Source: Felis catus (Eukaryota). From it: a DNA stretch of 64,000 bases. A program made the position numbers and the translations under genes. The first letter of the stretch is position 1. Each line of letters opens with the position of its first letter. The notes beneath the pieces are model-generated. The model made no database searches. It saw only the letters and a program-made list of their open reading frames with translations, and was not told the DNA's origin. Positions 50,850 to 64,000 of the stretch are shown one piece after another. The stretch is from NCBI RefSeq assembly GCF_018350175.1, contig NC_058368.1, forward strand, positions 234,610,001 through 234,674,000, written 5' to 3'.

Positions 50850-51010
50850 CATATATCCATATCTGTATCTACTTGTCTATTTATCTTTCTTATTTATGTA
50901 CCTATCTATCTACCTATCTATTGTATGTATGTAGTATAGTATATGAATAGAGTAAATTCTCAGTTTTTGAGCTCAAATCTTTGGACGTTACTTTACATAG
51001 AGTGGTTATA

Positions 51011-51387
51011 TGCTATGGGCTGAATTGTGTCCTCCCCAAATTCATATGTTGGAACATCAACCACCATTGTCACTGTATTTGGAGATAGAGCTTTTAGGAG
51101 GTAATTAAGTTTCAATAGGTCATCAAGGTGGGTGTCCTAATCCAACAAAATTGATGGCCTTATAAGAAGAGGAGGAGAAAGAGATCTCTTTTTCTCTCCC
51201 CACACCCATGCTCCAAGGAAGGACCATGGGAGGACACTCAAGGAGGTGGCCATCTATGAGCCAAGAAGAGAGCCCTGGTCACACCAGCAAGCTGATGTCA
51301 GACTCCCCACCTTCAGAACTGTGAGCAGTAAATTTCTGTTGTTGCAGTCTGTGGTGTTTGTTACGGCTGCCTGAGCTGACTGATACA
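51011..51387 (+). mobile_element. MaLR solo LTR (MLT1A-like)
   Basis: tgctatgggctgaattgtgtcctccccaaattcatatgttg...tgagctgactgataca. Confidence 0.88.
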
Positions 51388-52710
51388 CCACGGCTGGTAA
51401 ATCATTCAACGTTCATTCAACAAGTGAGGACGCCATGCATGTGGGTGGAGGCCATTTATTCCCACCATTAGATTTTGGGAGTAACACTAGTGTTGAAACA
51501 CAGTTTCTAAATTTCCTATTTATGTTTCTCTCCTGCCGAGGCGTCTGACCTTTGGCCATCACAGGCTCACAAATTGCTCAGAATCACAAGGTCTGCGATG
51601 AAGCTGTGGCAATAATTCAAAGGATTTGTTTTCCTACTCGGGCTCTATCCATCTGATTACATTGTAACCAATATTTGCTGCTGTCCCTGTGGACAGAATT
51701 TGTTCATAAACTACAAAGAAATTGCACAGCCATGGAAGAAATCAACTTGTTAAATAGGCTGTGGTTTTTCTCCCTAAGCAACAGAGAACCTGTAAAACAC
51801 TGTTGTGCTAAAAACAAACACAAACAAACAAACAAACAAGAAAAAAGGAAAGAAAGAAAAGTAAAAGAAGTGGGGGAAGAGACCCCCAGACACTGAAGAA
51901 ACATTCTTGGAAACTAAGTTCTCAGACCATTCACGCGTCTCCCCTGCTTATTCTAATAGGGGCTATGGTGGTGTAACTCTCTTTCTCCCACTTGGGACAT
52001 TTTTCAAGGACGTGTTGGTGAGGAAAAAACAGCTCCATCAGCAAAGGCACGTGTGTGTCTGCTGGAATTGATCCATTCCAAAGGCAGCTAACTCGGTCAG
52101 CAGATCCCAGGATCCGGGGTGGGTGTCAGGCTCCAGTCTGCTCACCCGTGTGTGTGAGCTGCTCTCTACCTTGAAGAGACAGACGTGGGTGCTTGCTTAG
52201 GTCGTCTCTCTGTGTCATGAGGTGACAGGGGGGCACACATTTCCCCACAATGCTTTAGAAGAAATGAGTGGCCATGTGACCGGGATCCTCTAGCCAGGAC
52301 TCGGCCTCCCATGGGGTCCCCACCAGGAGGGCACCAGGTGTCCAGGCCAGCACAAACCGTCCCTGTCACCCGAGTGCACTTCCGTCTCCTGCACGAATGG
52401 AGTGACAACAGTACAGTAAGCTTCCCGACCTCTCTGCCATCAGTGCCCTGTGGCTCCTCGTAAACCTGTCCCTCCTACCGCCCTCACCCATCCCGGTAAA
52501 TGCCACCCTGGACCGGTGCCACTTTCTGCCACTTGGGTTCTGGGTACCTAAAGGATAATACATACCGGCTTTAGAATATTTTCTTTTTATCTATTGGGAC
52601 TCCATAGGAGCTGGGAAAGTCGTCGTCTCTGGTTTGGCTCAAAAAACAACATTCTGAAATTGTGAATAAAGACAGAGAATGCTCCCTTCCACCCCTGCAA
52701 CAAGCCACCG

Positions 52711-53484
52711 TCTCTTTCCCACTTCTGTTCCTTCCCAATGCCTCTTCCCCACTTCTGTTCCTTCCCAATGCCTCTTCCCCACTTCTGTTCCTTCCCAATG
52801 CTTCTTCCCCGCTTCTGTTCCTTCCCAATGCCACTTCCCCGCTTCTGTTCCTTCCCGATGCCTCTTCCCCACTTCTGTTCCTTCCCAATGTCTCTTCCCC
52901 ACTTCTGTTCCTTCCCAATGCCACTTCCCCACTTCTGTTCCTTCCCAATGTCTCTTCCCCACTCTGTTCCTTCCCAATGCCTCTTCCCCACTTCTGTTCC
53001 TTCCCAATGCTTCTTCCCCACTTCTGTTCCTTCCCAATGCCACTTCCCCACTTCTGTTCCTTCCCAATGCCTCTTCCCCACTTCTGTTCCTTCCCGATGC
53101 TTCTTCCCCACTTCTGTTCCTTCCCAATGTCTCTTCCCCACTCTGTTCCTTCCCAATGCCTCTTCCCCGCTTCTGTTCCTTCCCAATGTCTCTTCCCCAC
53201 TTCTGTTCCTTCCCAATGCCACTTCCCCACTTCTGTTCCTTCCCAATGCCTCTTCCCCACTCTGTTCCTTCCCAATGCCACTTCCCCACTTCTGTTCCTT
53301 CCCGATGCCTCTTCCCCACTTCTGTTCCTTCCCAATGCCACTTCCCCACTTCTGTTCCTTCCCAATGCCTCTTCCCCATTCTGTTCCTTCCCAATGCCAC
53401 TTCCCCACTTCTGTTCCTTCCCAATGCCTCTTCCCCACTTCTCTTCCTTCCCAATGCCTCTTCCCCACTTCTCTTCCTTCCCAG
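52711..53484. repeat. VNTR, 30-bp unit TTCCCAATGCCTCTTCCCCACTTCTGTTCC, ~26 units
   Basis: Directly visible; occasional 29-bp units. Confidence 0.97.
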
Positions 53485-56400
53485 TGCCACAGCTGCTGTC
53501 TACACGTGATGCCACTGGGCCCAGGAAACACAAGGAGAGGGGGAAGACTCAGCTTGCTTCTGGGACCTTCCCTCCTGATGGTGCGATGTTTGCTCTGGTA
53601 CGCCTTGGCCTTTGTCATTCTCTGCCCATGCGCATGGCGCGTTCGTGGCATGACCCAGCATTTCAGCACAGACGCAATTGCTCAACACCCACTTCACGAC
53701 TGGCGTCCACTGGCTGCACAAATATCATTTTAGATGCTAAATAATGTTTAGGGGCAAAGGGAAGTGAGGATATTCTTGGACAAAAGGGAATGCTCGTTAT
53801 CCGCTGAATAGAAAAGGAACTAGAGAAGCCTGGAAAGAAACAGCTTTAATCCAATCACACACACGCACGCACACACGCGGAGTCTTACTAGAGTCTGGGC
53901 CGGCCATGCAATTTCACCTGAAACACGGTTACCAAGACCTGCCTCCTCCTTCCTGCATCTGAGTGACTGGGTGCTGCTGGCCGTGCTGAGGCAGGGAGGG
54001 TGACGTGTGAAGGTGCCATACAAAGTGCCCCTCACACATCCCTCTTGCTCAGAACCCCTCCTTGGCCTGCGTGCGGAGAGATCCAGAGATGAGAGGTTCA
54101 CTTTTCCGTGCTCCATTGGGCCTTGTCTCTCTTGTGTCAGCTCTCTCCCAGAGCTCCCGAAAGTACCTTGACAGGCACTGCCCTCTCGTTAGGAGGAGTT
54201 GTGAAATCCAGCGTGAAATCCCGAGCTTGGCCAGGGAACAAGAGACACAGGTCCTCGGCAGACATCCGCCCCCCACCCCTGCTCGGGACGTTGGAATTAA
54301 GAACTGCTCACAATCCCTCACACCAGCGAAATACAACTCTGAGAGCTTTCTGGTAAAATGCAACATAATTCAGATGACTTTTGAATGTACGCAAGGCTTT
54401 CTTTTTCTCTGAAGTTCTTTCTTTCAGGCAGAAAATTATTTTGTTAGCGTCTTGGGAGAAAGCAGGTGGAAGCGGCTAGATTAGAGCCCCTCTGTGCAAG
54501 CAAAATAATGTGCAGCAACACTGAAATTGCTTTATTCTTTCTCTGAAAACGGGAGGAATAAATCAGGGGGTCGTAAATTTGGAACAGTAATAGTGCAGCC
54601 ACGACCTCGCCACAGCCGACACCGTCATTTTCGGGGCTCCCAGAGACGTGGCTGACGATGGGGGAGGCGAGGTTGCAGGTGGCAGGCTCTCCGGTCAGGG
54701 GCACGGGGCTGTCTGCTCAGGGGACAGATGTTTTCTTCAAGCTCCCAGGGAAGAGCCACGTGTAAGTGTCAAAAGTGCGAGCCTGGCGTTTCCTCAAGTT
54801 CCACCCTGAGTTTCTGTATTTGGGTCACGGTCAGAAGGGAGCAGAATCCAAGAGAGACAGGCTTGAGTTCGACAGACTTGCCAAGTGACTCTCCACAGAG
54901 CGGTCACCTTTTAATTGAAGACACTGGCTGCCCAGTGGCAGAGGCTGGGTGAGCCCCTAAGGTGACTGCTAAGAGCCCCAGCATGAGGCTAAGAGCCCCA
55001 GCATGCGGTGGTGATGTTAAGCCACCTCCATGCCATGTGATCAAGCGTCACCCTCCCTGGGCGTTCAGGTCCTATTAGTTCTGATCAGCCAAAGTGCTCT
55101 GGGTGGCTCATCACTTCACATTGAACTGTCCCCTGTGTCTTCATAAGATTTTCGTTTTCTTTTTAACTGCACAGCGGGTCCGTTTGTTTCTGTTTTGTTT
55201 TGCTTTGTGTTTGAAACAGCACGCAAAGCAGTGGGCAGTGGGAGGGAGAGGCAGGTAATGAATGAGCTGTCTGTCAGGGAAGCACCTGGTTGGGAATCCG
55301 GGTTTAAAGCACGGGGCGCGAGGATCTGGGTCTCCCTTCTGGCTGCTGCTGGAGTGGATGGCAAATCCTGGGACATGGAACAATCGAGGGCGAGTGCGGG
55401 CTGAGGGGTTGTCGGCTGTGTCCCCTGAATCCGGGGTCTATTTCTGGGTAGAGGGAGGCATGACAGCCAGCCTTCCCAGGGCCCTCTCTTCAGGGTCTCC
55501 ATCTTGCCCATCCTGGGGGCGGAGCAAAGAGGAAGAGGACGGGGACTACGCCAGCTGCCCTCGCTGCAGTCTGGCTCAGGCTCAGAGCTCTGGGTGTCCC
55601 CGCAGCCCCATGCCCAGTGGAATAAAACCCACACCCCACTGGCCCGTGCTCCTCATTCTCTCTCCACACGAACATTCACGCCCAGCCCCCGGCAGGTGAC
55701 AGGAGCAGGACACTACTTGGAAATCATACCTGACACGTGTTTGTCCTTGTGATTCCCTTTCACTCTAATTCTTCTGCCATTGACCTGGACAGTGAGTGAG
55801 GCCAAGGCTCGTGGCCTCAGGAAGGGAGGACACGCAGATTTACAATCGTGGCTTTGCGTTCAAGAGTTGTCTTGAGGGAACTCTAGCTTTAGAGCGCAAG
55901 AGGTTTTGAGGACAAGGATGGATTTTACGTGATTATTTATTTATTGGGTTTTGGGTTTTGAATGCCAAAGCTTGGCCTTCAGTATGAAGAGTGACGTCCA
56001 GAAGCCTCAGAGTGTCAAGGCTCTGCCGTCCGCCACACAGACAGTGGGAGTGGGGGTGTTTGCGCAATTCCCCTGCATGGAGGGGGCACAGACCCTCAGG
56101 CCACAGGTGCTGTGGGCACCTGACCCTCCCTCCTGAAGGGGAAGTTCCTGTTGGAGAGGGGCATCCGTGGGGCACAACCACCACCGTATGAGGCAGATCT
56201 AAGCAGAGATGAATGATGTCACAAGCCCTATCCCCGACCCCACTCTGAAGCCCTCACACTGGGCACAGAGCAGGGTCTGAAGGTTCCCCACAAACATCCA
56301 TTGCCCCAGGAGAGACAGGTGCTGATGAAGAATGGCCAGTATCAGGCATGTGGGCTCAGGACCAGAGGCCATGGGAGCACCTGCTAATGTAGGAGTACTG

Positions 56401-58165
56401 GAGAGGGAGCAGGGCAGAGGCCATGGGAGCACCACTGTGTGCTCCCACCATGGTGTAGAAGGCACTCTGCCGTGGATGCCAGCCAGGACACGAAATAGCC
56501 ACAGATCAAGTTGTCCCTCTTCTTGGCATCACGACGTCATTACAGAAGTTCACAGGAGCCCAGGTGTCACGCACATAGGGAGGAAGGAGGTGTGGGTGGG
56601 GCCGGCTCCACAGGTGCTCAGGACAAAGTGTCAAGGCCTCGGGGTCCATGATGGAGCTAGAACCACCCAGTTTTGAGCTTCCAAGTTTGTGACCACAGAT
56701 TTCAACCTTGCCACATTACTAGTTGGCACACAACTACCTTACCTGCCATTGGACGAGACTTTCAGTCAATCCTACAGTCTTCTGGGTTTGGCAGGAGAAT
56801 TCTCAGTTAGCTTGATATATGATATATTTTGCATCAAGAACACCCACTGTGGACATCAGTGGTGCTTGGCTTATGGAAAAGCAAACGTAGGCCGAGGGAA
56901 GTATCTGAAGCTGGTTCTCGGTGGCTGTACAGCACGAACCGAACTGTAAGAAGCACACTGTGTGCAGTGTTAGAGCCAGAGGTCTCGGGTACCATTGGGA
57001 CGAGGGGCTTTGGCTGTGGAGAGTGGGGGATGTCCACGAGTCTTCTGGAAGCAGGGCTGTAGGGCTTGACAGACACCCGCTTTGCCTTCTGGGTCCCACC
57101 AAGCACAGGCACCATACTTCTTGATTGGAGACAGTGGCCTTGCCTCCCGTCCGCCTCCCCCTCCCAGGGCTGTTCCAGTTGCTTCTTCCGACCACACAGG
57201 TCCTGTTCACGTGCCGGGGAAGGTCAGCCAAGCCTCCCCATGGCTGCCAGCTGGGCTGTTGGCCCTCTGTGACCTCGGGGGTAGCCTGGGCTCCCCTGCT
57301 CTTCATACTCGACTCGGTTCTTCCTTCTTCCCCTTTTCTGGCTGGCCCGTCCGCTGTCAGAGTGTGGGCTTCCCATCCTCTCTGTTCCTTTGCAGCCTGA
57401 ACGCTGGTTCTGAGAATAGTCCTGGCTCAGGGCCTGGAAAAAATCACCGAGTCAGAACCTCAACAGAACAACTCGCACGGCTGCTTAGCGAGCATAAAAT
57501 TGGAGCTGAGAGAGCCGGATATTCTTACGGGATGTCTCCAATGTGCTGTGGTAGCAAGATACAGTGCCCTTTCCAACTCTGGGGCTATTTGCAGAAGACG
57601 AACTCGGAGGGGGCATCTAAAATTGGGGCATCCGCCCTCCCCGATGGGGCCAGGAGAGCGTGAACACATACCTCCTCCCCCTGCCTCCTTATACAATATT
57701 CCGCCACTCGCTCCAGGCCGTGGCAGTCACAGCGCGTGCATTACGGGTTCAGGATCGCACTTCATCCATCCCCTTGGCATGACATCTTGAGGAGCCTTCG
57801 TTGTATTAATGATGCATTCACAGATCTTGTCATCCAACGGATTGCTTTTGGAAGATTTTTGCTGATGAGTGAATCTGACCTCCAGTGTCAGGTCCCGGAT
57901 TTCCCGATGGGAAGTGAGACCCTGCTGACCCACATTCCCAACCTGGATGGGGACAGGTGGTCTGTTCCCCTTGGGTTCACGGACGCCACCCCTGCCCCTC
58001 TGCCCATCAGCTCCCAGTGCAAGTGTGACTTCCTCAGAGAGGTGGTCCCTGAGTCTTCTGACCAGGAAAGACCCTCTGATATTGACCCACACAGCACTGC
58101 CCCTCCCACCATAGTGCCCAGCCACCATAATTTTACCCACATTTGGGGTGTTTTTGGTTAATGTG

Positions 58166-58612
58166 TGTATTAATGTCCTAGGGTGGTTGTAACAAAGTAC
58201 CACAAACTGGGTGGCTTGGTACAACAGAAATTTATTGTCTCACGGTCACGGAGGCCAGAAGTCTGAAATCAGGTATCAGCGAGGCTGTGCTCCCTCTGGA
58301 GGCATGAGGGAGGCGTCTGTTCCAGGCATTTCTTCTGACTCCCTGTGGCCTCAGGGAGGCCTGCTCCCTGGCTTGGAGACACATCATCCCACCCTCTGTC
58401 GTCACACATGCTTCACACGGCACTTCTCTGTGTCCAAATCTCCCCTTTTCTAAGGTCACCAGTCATAGTGAATTTGGGCTCAAACCTAATGGGCTTATTT
58501 TAAGTTGTTGATCTCGTAGAGATCCTATTTCCAGGTAAGATCACATGCTGAGGTACTGGTGGTTAGGATGTCAACATACGAACTTTTGCAGGACATGAGC
58601 CAGCCGATAGCA
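58166..58612 (-). mobile_element. MaLR solo LTR (MLT1C-like)
   Basis: tgtaacaaagtaccacaaactgggtggctt...caacagaaatttattgtctcac...ggaggccagaagtctgaaatcagg. Confidence 0.88.
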
Positions 58613-58614
58613 GT

Positions 58615-58755
58615 ATGTTGCCTCCATGAAGGCAGGGAACTTGTTTGTTGTTATTTTCAGGGGAGCCCCCAAACCTAGCATGCTGTCTGGCCTAGAGGGA
58701 GTGCCTAACAGCTATAGCCGAATGTATGAATAAAAGAAAGAAAGAATGAATGAAA
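58615..58755 (+). mobile_element. LINE-2 3' end
   Basis: ctccatgaaggcaggga...cctagca...tctggc...gaatgaatgaa tail. Confidence 0.65.
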
Positions 58756-59011
58756 GCTGATTACCTGAGATCACCCCCACTGCCCTCATGCACCTGCGGC
58801 AACCTTGAAAAACAACTACTCACAGGTGTCTTGAGACAGCTCCAACCACACAAGAATCAGGCCTCATCCTATCTGTCCTGCCTTTCGTTGTTAGAGAATC
58901 TGAGCTTGAGGGAAACCACGGTGAATTAGCTCTGCTCTCCTCCCCCCTGGATTAGTGAATAGTGGAGAGATGTAGAACAATAAATAGAAAGAGTTTGGCC
59001 TTGGTCAAGTA

Positions 59012-59164
59012 TAGGTTTGGCAGATTTAGCAGATAAAAATGTAGGATGCGCAGTTAAATGTGAATTTCCCAAATATTGCATAGGACACAGTTACACCAAA
59101 AAGATGTTTTATTTATCTGAAATCCAAGCTTAACTGGGCACCTTGTGGTTAGTCTGGCAACCCT
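59012..59164. mobile_element. Palindromic MITE, MER53-like (internally deleted)
   Basis: taggtttggcagatttagcagataaaaat...cagttaaatgtgaattt...tttatctgaaatccaagcttaactgggc...tctggcaaccctg. Confidence 0.8.
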
Positions 59165-59649
59165 GGCTGTGGTTGGCATCTTGGCGGTGCACTAGATTTT
59201 TGAAAATTACAAGAGATTCCTCTGGAGATCAGAGTAAGAGGTAGGAGAATGGGGACTCTGAGTGAGGAGAGGTGAGAAGGGCAGAGCTCCAGATGGATCT
59301 GCTGGGGCCAATTTCTTCTGTGTCCAGCTCCTCCTATTTAGGTATAAACAGCTATAGAGATGCTTCTCACTCACCACCTCCCCCTCTCCTTCATCCTGTT
59401 TCCTCTCTTTCTGCCTCTTCCTTGCTTCCTCTAAGGTAATAGTCCTTCTTGAGAGAGTTAAATAGTGTGTACCTACACAGTGCTCACACTAAGTACTGCC
59501 TGAACAGTCATAGGGGTTTCTGCTCCATTCTCTCTGCAGGTAACTGGCCCCATGTCAGAGGCTCAGGGCTCACCTGTGATTCCAGGGCATGTGCCCACGT
59601 GAACAGACCTCTCATTGTTCATGGGAGACTGCAAATTCTCCAGACTCAA

Positions 59650-59850
59650 GGCTAATCTGGGTCTAAATATCCTCTCTGTCTCTTCCTAGCTAGGTAACTA
59701 GGCCTATTGTAGTTCTCATCTACAAAATGGCAATAGCAATAAATCACCCTTGTATATTGCGAGGGTTAAATCCAATAACCATATTGGATGCCGTGGATCT
59801 AACACATAATACACATTTAAAGATATTAACTATCATCAGCATCATCATCA
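59650..59850 (+). mobile_element. MIR remnant
   Basis: tgggtctaaatatcctctctg...ctagct...ctcatctacaaaatgg...gagggttaaat. Confidence 0.6.
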
Positions 59851-61812
59851 CTTTACCCATATTACCCTTACGTCTCCCCCACCCCTAAAAAGTCGATCTA
59901 GTTGCTTAAATCCTTATTTCACTGCTGTGGCGGGTACAGTGCTTTCACCAACATTTTGAGAAGTTCTCTGGAGGTAAACCTCCTCAGGGCTGCCTTTGGT
60001 CCAGCAGGAACCTGCTTCTACTGACTTAGTCGCGTGTAGCGATTATCTTAATCGGTTAGCTTATGTGGTCCTCCATCTGGGTAGTTTTGATCTTGACATG
60101 AAATTCATCACTCACCCAAGCATTTCGATACGTAGATGACTTTATAGAAACTTTGGGGAGCATGAGAGTTATTATTGTACTAACACAAACTGAATTTTCC
60201 ATCGTTGTATTCACAGATTTCTGCACTTTTTCAACTCAGCCCCCACTGTTCTGCCACATTGTCTCCAACCTTCACCTTTCCTGCTCTCTTTCTCTCACCC
60301 TGTGCCCCAAATTCCTCTTCATTTCTGCTGAATCTCTTCAAGACTTTGGCCCTCAAAGTCTTACGTTTCTTCCAAGCAGCTTATCAAAATTTTTTCCTGA
60401 ACACACTTTCCTTCCTAAGAGAGTCTGGTGCGGGCTACTCAAATGATAAGTTTTACTCAACTACAATTATTTTGAAACACTCAGGGAAGAGCTTGAGCTG
60501 CCTTCTTCTAAGGCACATTCTCCCTTTTTGTCTGCAAGAACTATTCTATTTCACTTTCGCTTTCAACATATGGCCCAGAGTCCCTTGCATCTCAGAAACT
60601 CAGTGGCCTCTTTAAAGAAGATTCCAGAAACATCTTTCCCTATCTGGGTAGTTCAGTTATCCACACTGCATCATCTCTCATCTCTAATTACCATCACGCA
60701 TTTTGAATTGCACTTCATGAATGAAAAGCAATGGTAGAAAAGAATGCCATCCAAAAAAAAAAAAAAAATCCTTCTCAAGACAAAGTTGGGAAAATGGAAA
60801 GGTTTAAATGCGTGCTGGCTGAGAAGCCAGCCTGAAGCAGCCATGGAGGATGGACTTCCCTCCATGAAGTGGCAGCTGGACGGGCTGCCTGGAAATTTCC
60901 TGTGATTTAGTTCTGAGGCTCACATGTCAGAGTTATTGTTGGAGATTGGATTTGCTTCTGCAGGAACAGCGAGGATTCAGGGCACTGGCGCTGAGCCCTA
61001 TCGATCTGTTTGGGTGATGTTAGCTCCTGAAGCCAAGGGATGTTCTTGAGGCTCCAGCATGAAAATCGCTCATTTTGACACCTTGGAACCATCCCCCACT
61101 TTGCAGAAGTGTGTCCAAGAAAAATAATGACTCTTATGACTCTGAGGGAATATACCTTTGGGTCAACTGAGGTTTCCAAACTTCATTATTACTCTAATAT
61201 TTTGACATTGAAGAATTGGATTCTAACGTTGGGCTTGGGATCAATGCCAGAGGACTCTAGAAAAGTTATAAATAAGGATTTTATGGGGTTCATTTCTTTA
61301 ATTAGGGAGGCTGTGTAATTCCCAGCTCGGCAGCACAGTAGATAGAGTTATGGTGAATTTTCACTTGGTGTGAAATCGACTGTGGCATTGCATTCCCACT
61401 AAATGCAGCTTGACGATTCAAGCCGGCATAAGCTGGAGGCAAACGTATTCAGCCCGTGTGGCAGAGGAAGGAGAGACGAAGGGAGAACACACAGTGTTGT
61501 GTGGGAGACCAGGTATTTCCTGTCTCCGTTCTTTCTCTTCTTACCTGACTGGCTTCCACTCTCTTCCTTGTCCCTGATTCGCAGAGTCTGGGGTGAATTT
61601 AGGGCCCGGAGGTTGCCCTGGGTGAACAAACTATATATAAGAGGCTTCCAGAAGGCTGGATCCAAAAGGGAAGGGATTGGTGGAATATTCTCATGGAACC
61701 ACTGAGCCCAGGAGAAGAGGGAAGCTGTCTAGGATGGGGCTGAGGTCAGGGCTGGGCAGCTGGCGTGCGTGATGCTTCTCGGCTTCCCCTTGAAGCATTG
61801 ATGCTTCTCAGG

Positions 61813-62236
61813 TGTAGTGGGTTGAATGGTGTCCCTTCATCCCCCCCCGCCCCCCCAAAAAATGCATGGCCATCTAGAACCCCAGAATGTGATCTTATGT
61901 GGAATAAAAGTCTTTGCAGATGTAGCTAAGATCTCAAGATGAAATCACCCTGGATTAGAGTGGACCCTGAATCCAATGGAGGTGTCCTGAGAGTAAAGAG
62001 CAAGAGACATAGACAGGGAGGGGGAAGCCATGTGAAGACAGAGGCAGAAACTGGAGGGACACGTCTGGAAGCCAAGGGGCCCCAAGGGCTCCCAGTGACA
62101 CCGGAAGCTATAGGACGGCATGGAGCAGAATTCCCCTCAGACCCTCCAAAAGGAGCCCACCTTGTCAGCGCCTTGGTTTCAGATGCCTGGTTTCCAGAAC
62201 TGTTAGAAAATAGATTTCTGTTGATTAAGCCACTCA
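61813..62236 (+). mobile_element. MaLR LTR (MLT1C-like), 3' end missing
   Basis: tgtagtgggttgaatggtg...cagaatgtgatcttat...gtctttgcagatgta...gccatgtgaagacagaggcaga...tttctgttgattaagccac. Confidence 0.88.
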
Positions 62237-62829
62237 GAGAGGGGAGCCTGGGGGCAGGAGAAACACCACTCACCAGCCACGGGACACCCTTGACGCCCCT
62301 GAAAGGCTCAGAGCCCAGTGTGGGTCTGGCTTGGGGCAAACTGAGTTTGGGTTTGTCCCTCTCGTCTCTCCCCTTCTCTCTCCTTTCCATGAAGGGCCCA
62401 AGCCCCAGAACTTGGCTCTCCTACTCCTCTTCACACCTTCAGGAAACCTAAATGGTCCTGGTCAAGTCCAGTGAGACATGTCTAGGATTATTGCTTTGAT
62501 TCCATTGTCAAGCTCTTGCTGAAAACATGACTTATTCATCTTTGTTAGAATAATTCAGTCCCATTCAGAGAATAGCTGAGTGACCACCCTCTCCCTAATA
62601 CTTTTGTGGACATTATCGTGTGCCCTCCTCAGTACTCTGTGACATGGAATGACTTTTGTCCTTGCTTTGCAGTCGGCAGTGCATGGGGCAAGCCGGTGGT
62701 CAGGACACTCCTGGTGAGGGTGGGGTCGGGATTTGAACCCAGGTCCACAGAGACTGGATCCAAGGTAGTTGCTTTCTCCTTCCACACAGAGCATTTCATT
62801 AATCCACAGGGCCTCTTAGAAATCACATT

Positions 62830-63300
62830 TCCTCGGCGATAAAATTATAAATGCTTGTTACTGAAAATTTGGAAAACATGGAAGGGTACAAAAAGACTAT
62901 AAACACCAACTATTCTCCCAACAGAGAAAAATCATTATTACGCTTGAAATACTTAATTTTCTTCCAAACATCATATTATACCTTTGCAAAGTAGACACAG
63001 AGTCATTTCATGTAAGTTTATTTTTCACCCTCTCTCCTCCTTAACAATGTGTCATGAGCACACTGTGTCCTTCAGTACCGTTTGGAAATACCACGGCTGC
63101 CTGGGATTCATCTTGAGGATAAATTGTGATGCTTCCAACCCAGGGTCATGCATTCAAACTTTGTCTAATTTTCCCTTTCAGAAGCAATCCCATTGTGATC
63201 ATCTTTGTACATAAATGTGTGTCTGTGTTTTTGACTGTTTTCTTGGGAAAGGATCCCCCCCGAAAGGGTCATTTCAAAGTGTTTCCAAAGGCAGCTTTGG
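62830..63300 (-). mobile_element. Ancient LINE-1 (L1ME-like) 3' UTR remnant
   Basis: aaaatttggaaaaca and catctttgtacataaat motifs; heavily decayed. Confidence 0.4.
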
Positions 63301-64000
63301 CTCCTGGCTACCACGTCGGTGCTTCTAGGGGTTCTTTATTTTTCAAAACAGAACATAAGGAGGTATTACGTCTTGAGATGCGGAGAGAAGCTCTGGTTAG
63401 AAGAAGGCTTAGTTGAAGGACACCTCTGTCGATGTGTCTGTTTACTGCCCTCTGGCATCAGATCTGGGTGACTTGGAGTCTCATTTCCTCATGCTTTTTG
63501 GAAGCTGGAAGAGAGGTGCTCTCACGGGTCTGGCAAGATGAACAAGCTACCGTGTCCTGAGAGCTCCAGAGGCCCACCTTTCCCCGACCAGGTTGCTTCC
63601 CACACTAGAGTGGCATAGATGTCCCCTGGTGAGAGCCGCATGGAGCTTCCTGGGTGGGTGGGTGGGGGGTGTCCCTGCCTACTGCATGGGAAGGGCACAC
63701 CCTCTGCAGGTACTGAGCTCAAAGGATCACACATGCTCTATCACTTCCTTGCTTGTCGATTTTCCAATAAACTGTGACATCAAATCCTGTCCTATATCCT
63801 GTGACATCAAATCCTGCCAATGGCATGACTTGGAGCCTCTTTTGAGTGACAGGGATGGTAACTCGGGTGGAGCTTTCTCAACTTATAAAGTACCAGGTAA
63901 CCACCTCATATGGGGTGAGTGCTTGTAATTCCTCTCTGGTCCTCTGGGGACCACCTTTTGCTTTGTGACCTCCAGTGTTGGTGGAACAGCTGTTGGCTCT

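Noticed and set aside
52571..53744. 276-360 aa ORFs in all six frames
   Set aside because: Artefact of the stop-free 30-bp VNTR.
23752..63818. Short local duplications (23752-23783, 42448-42498, 44932-45004, 54968-55005, 63772-63817)
   Set aside because: Ordinary 2-3 copy slippage duplications with no shared motif.

Overview
Mammalian, felid-type genomic DNA, judged from feliform Can-SINEs. The only protein-coding sequence I can support is the last coding exon of MED10 (167-265, +), followed by its 3' UTR and poly(A) signal. The remaining ~63 kb looks non-coding. It holds eight Can-SINEs, two 5'-truncated LINE-1 fragments, a U6 snRNA retrocopy, many old MaLR/ERVL LTRs, hAT MITEs, MIR/L2 remnants, two long VNTRs (39-bp and 30-bp units) and two complex tetranucleotide-derived repeats. 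The long ORFs in the supplied track are repeat or GC artefacts. I found no prokaryote-style system. The best lead is a possible spliced non-coding transcript on the + strand, with exon-like units at ~18.6-19.0, 26.5-26.6 and 34.3-35.3 kb, promoter-like motifs at 34-37 kb and an expanded REST/RE1 site at 43.6 kb. Other leads are a VNTR carrying a CTCF/E-box-like motif in most units, two SINEs inserted at one target site, and a GC/CpG gradient across the window. Repeat subfamily names come from recalled consensus motifs, not a database search, and repeat boundaries are approximate.
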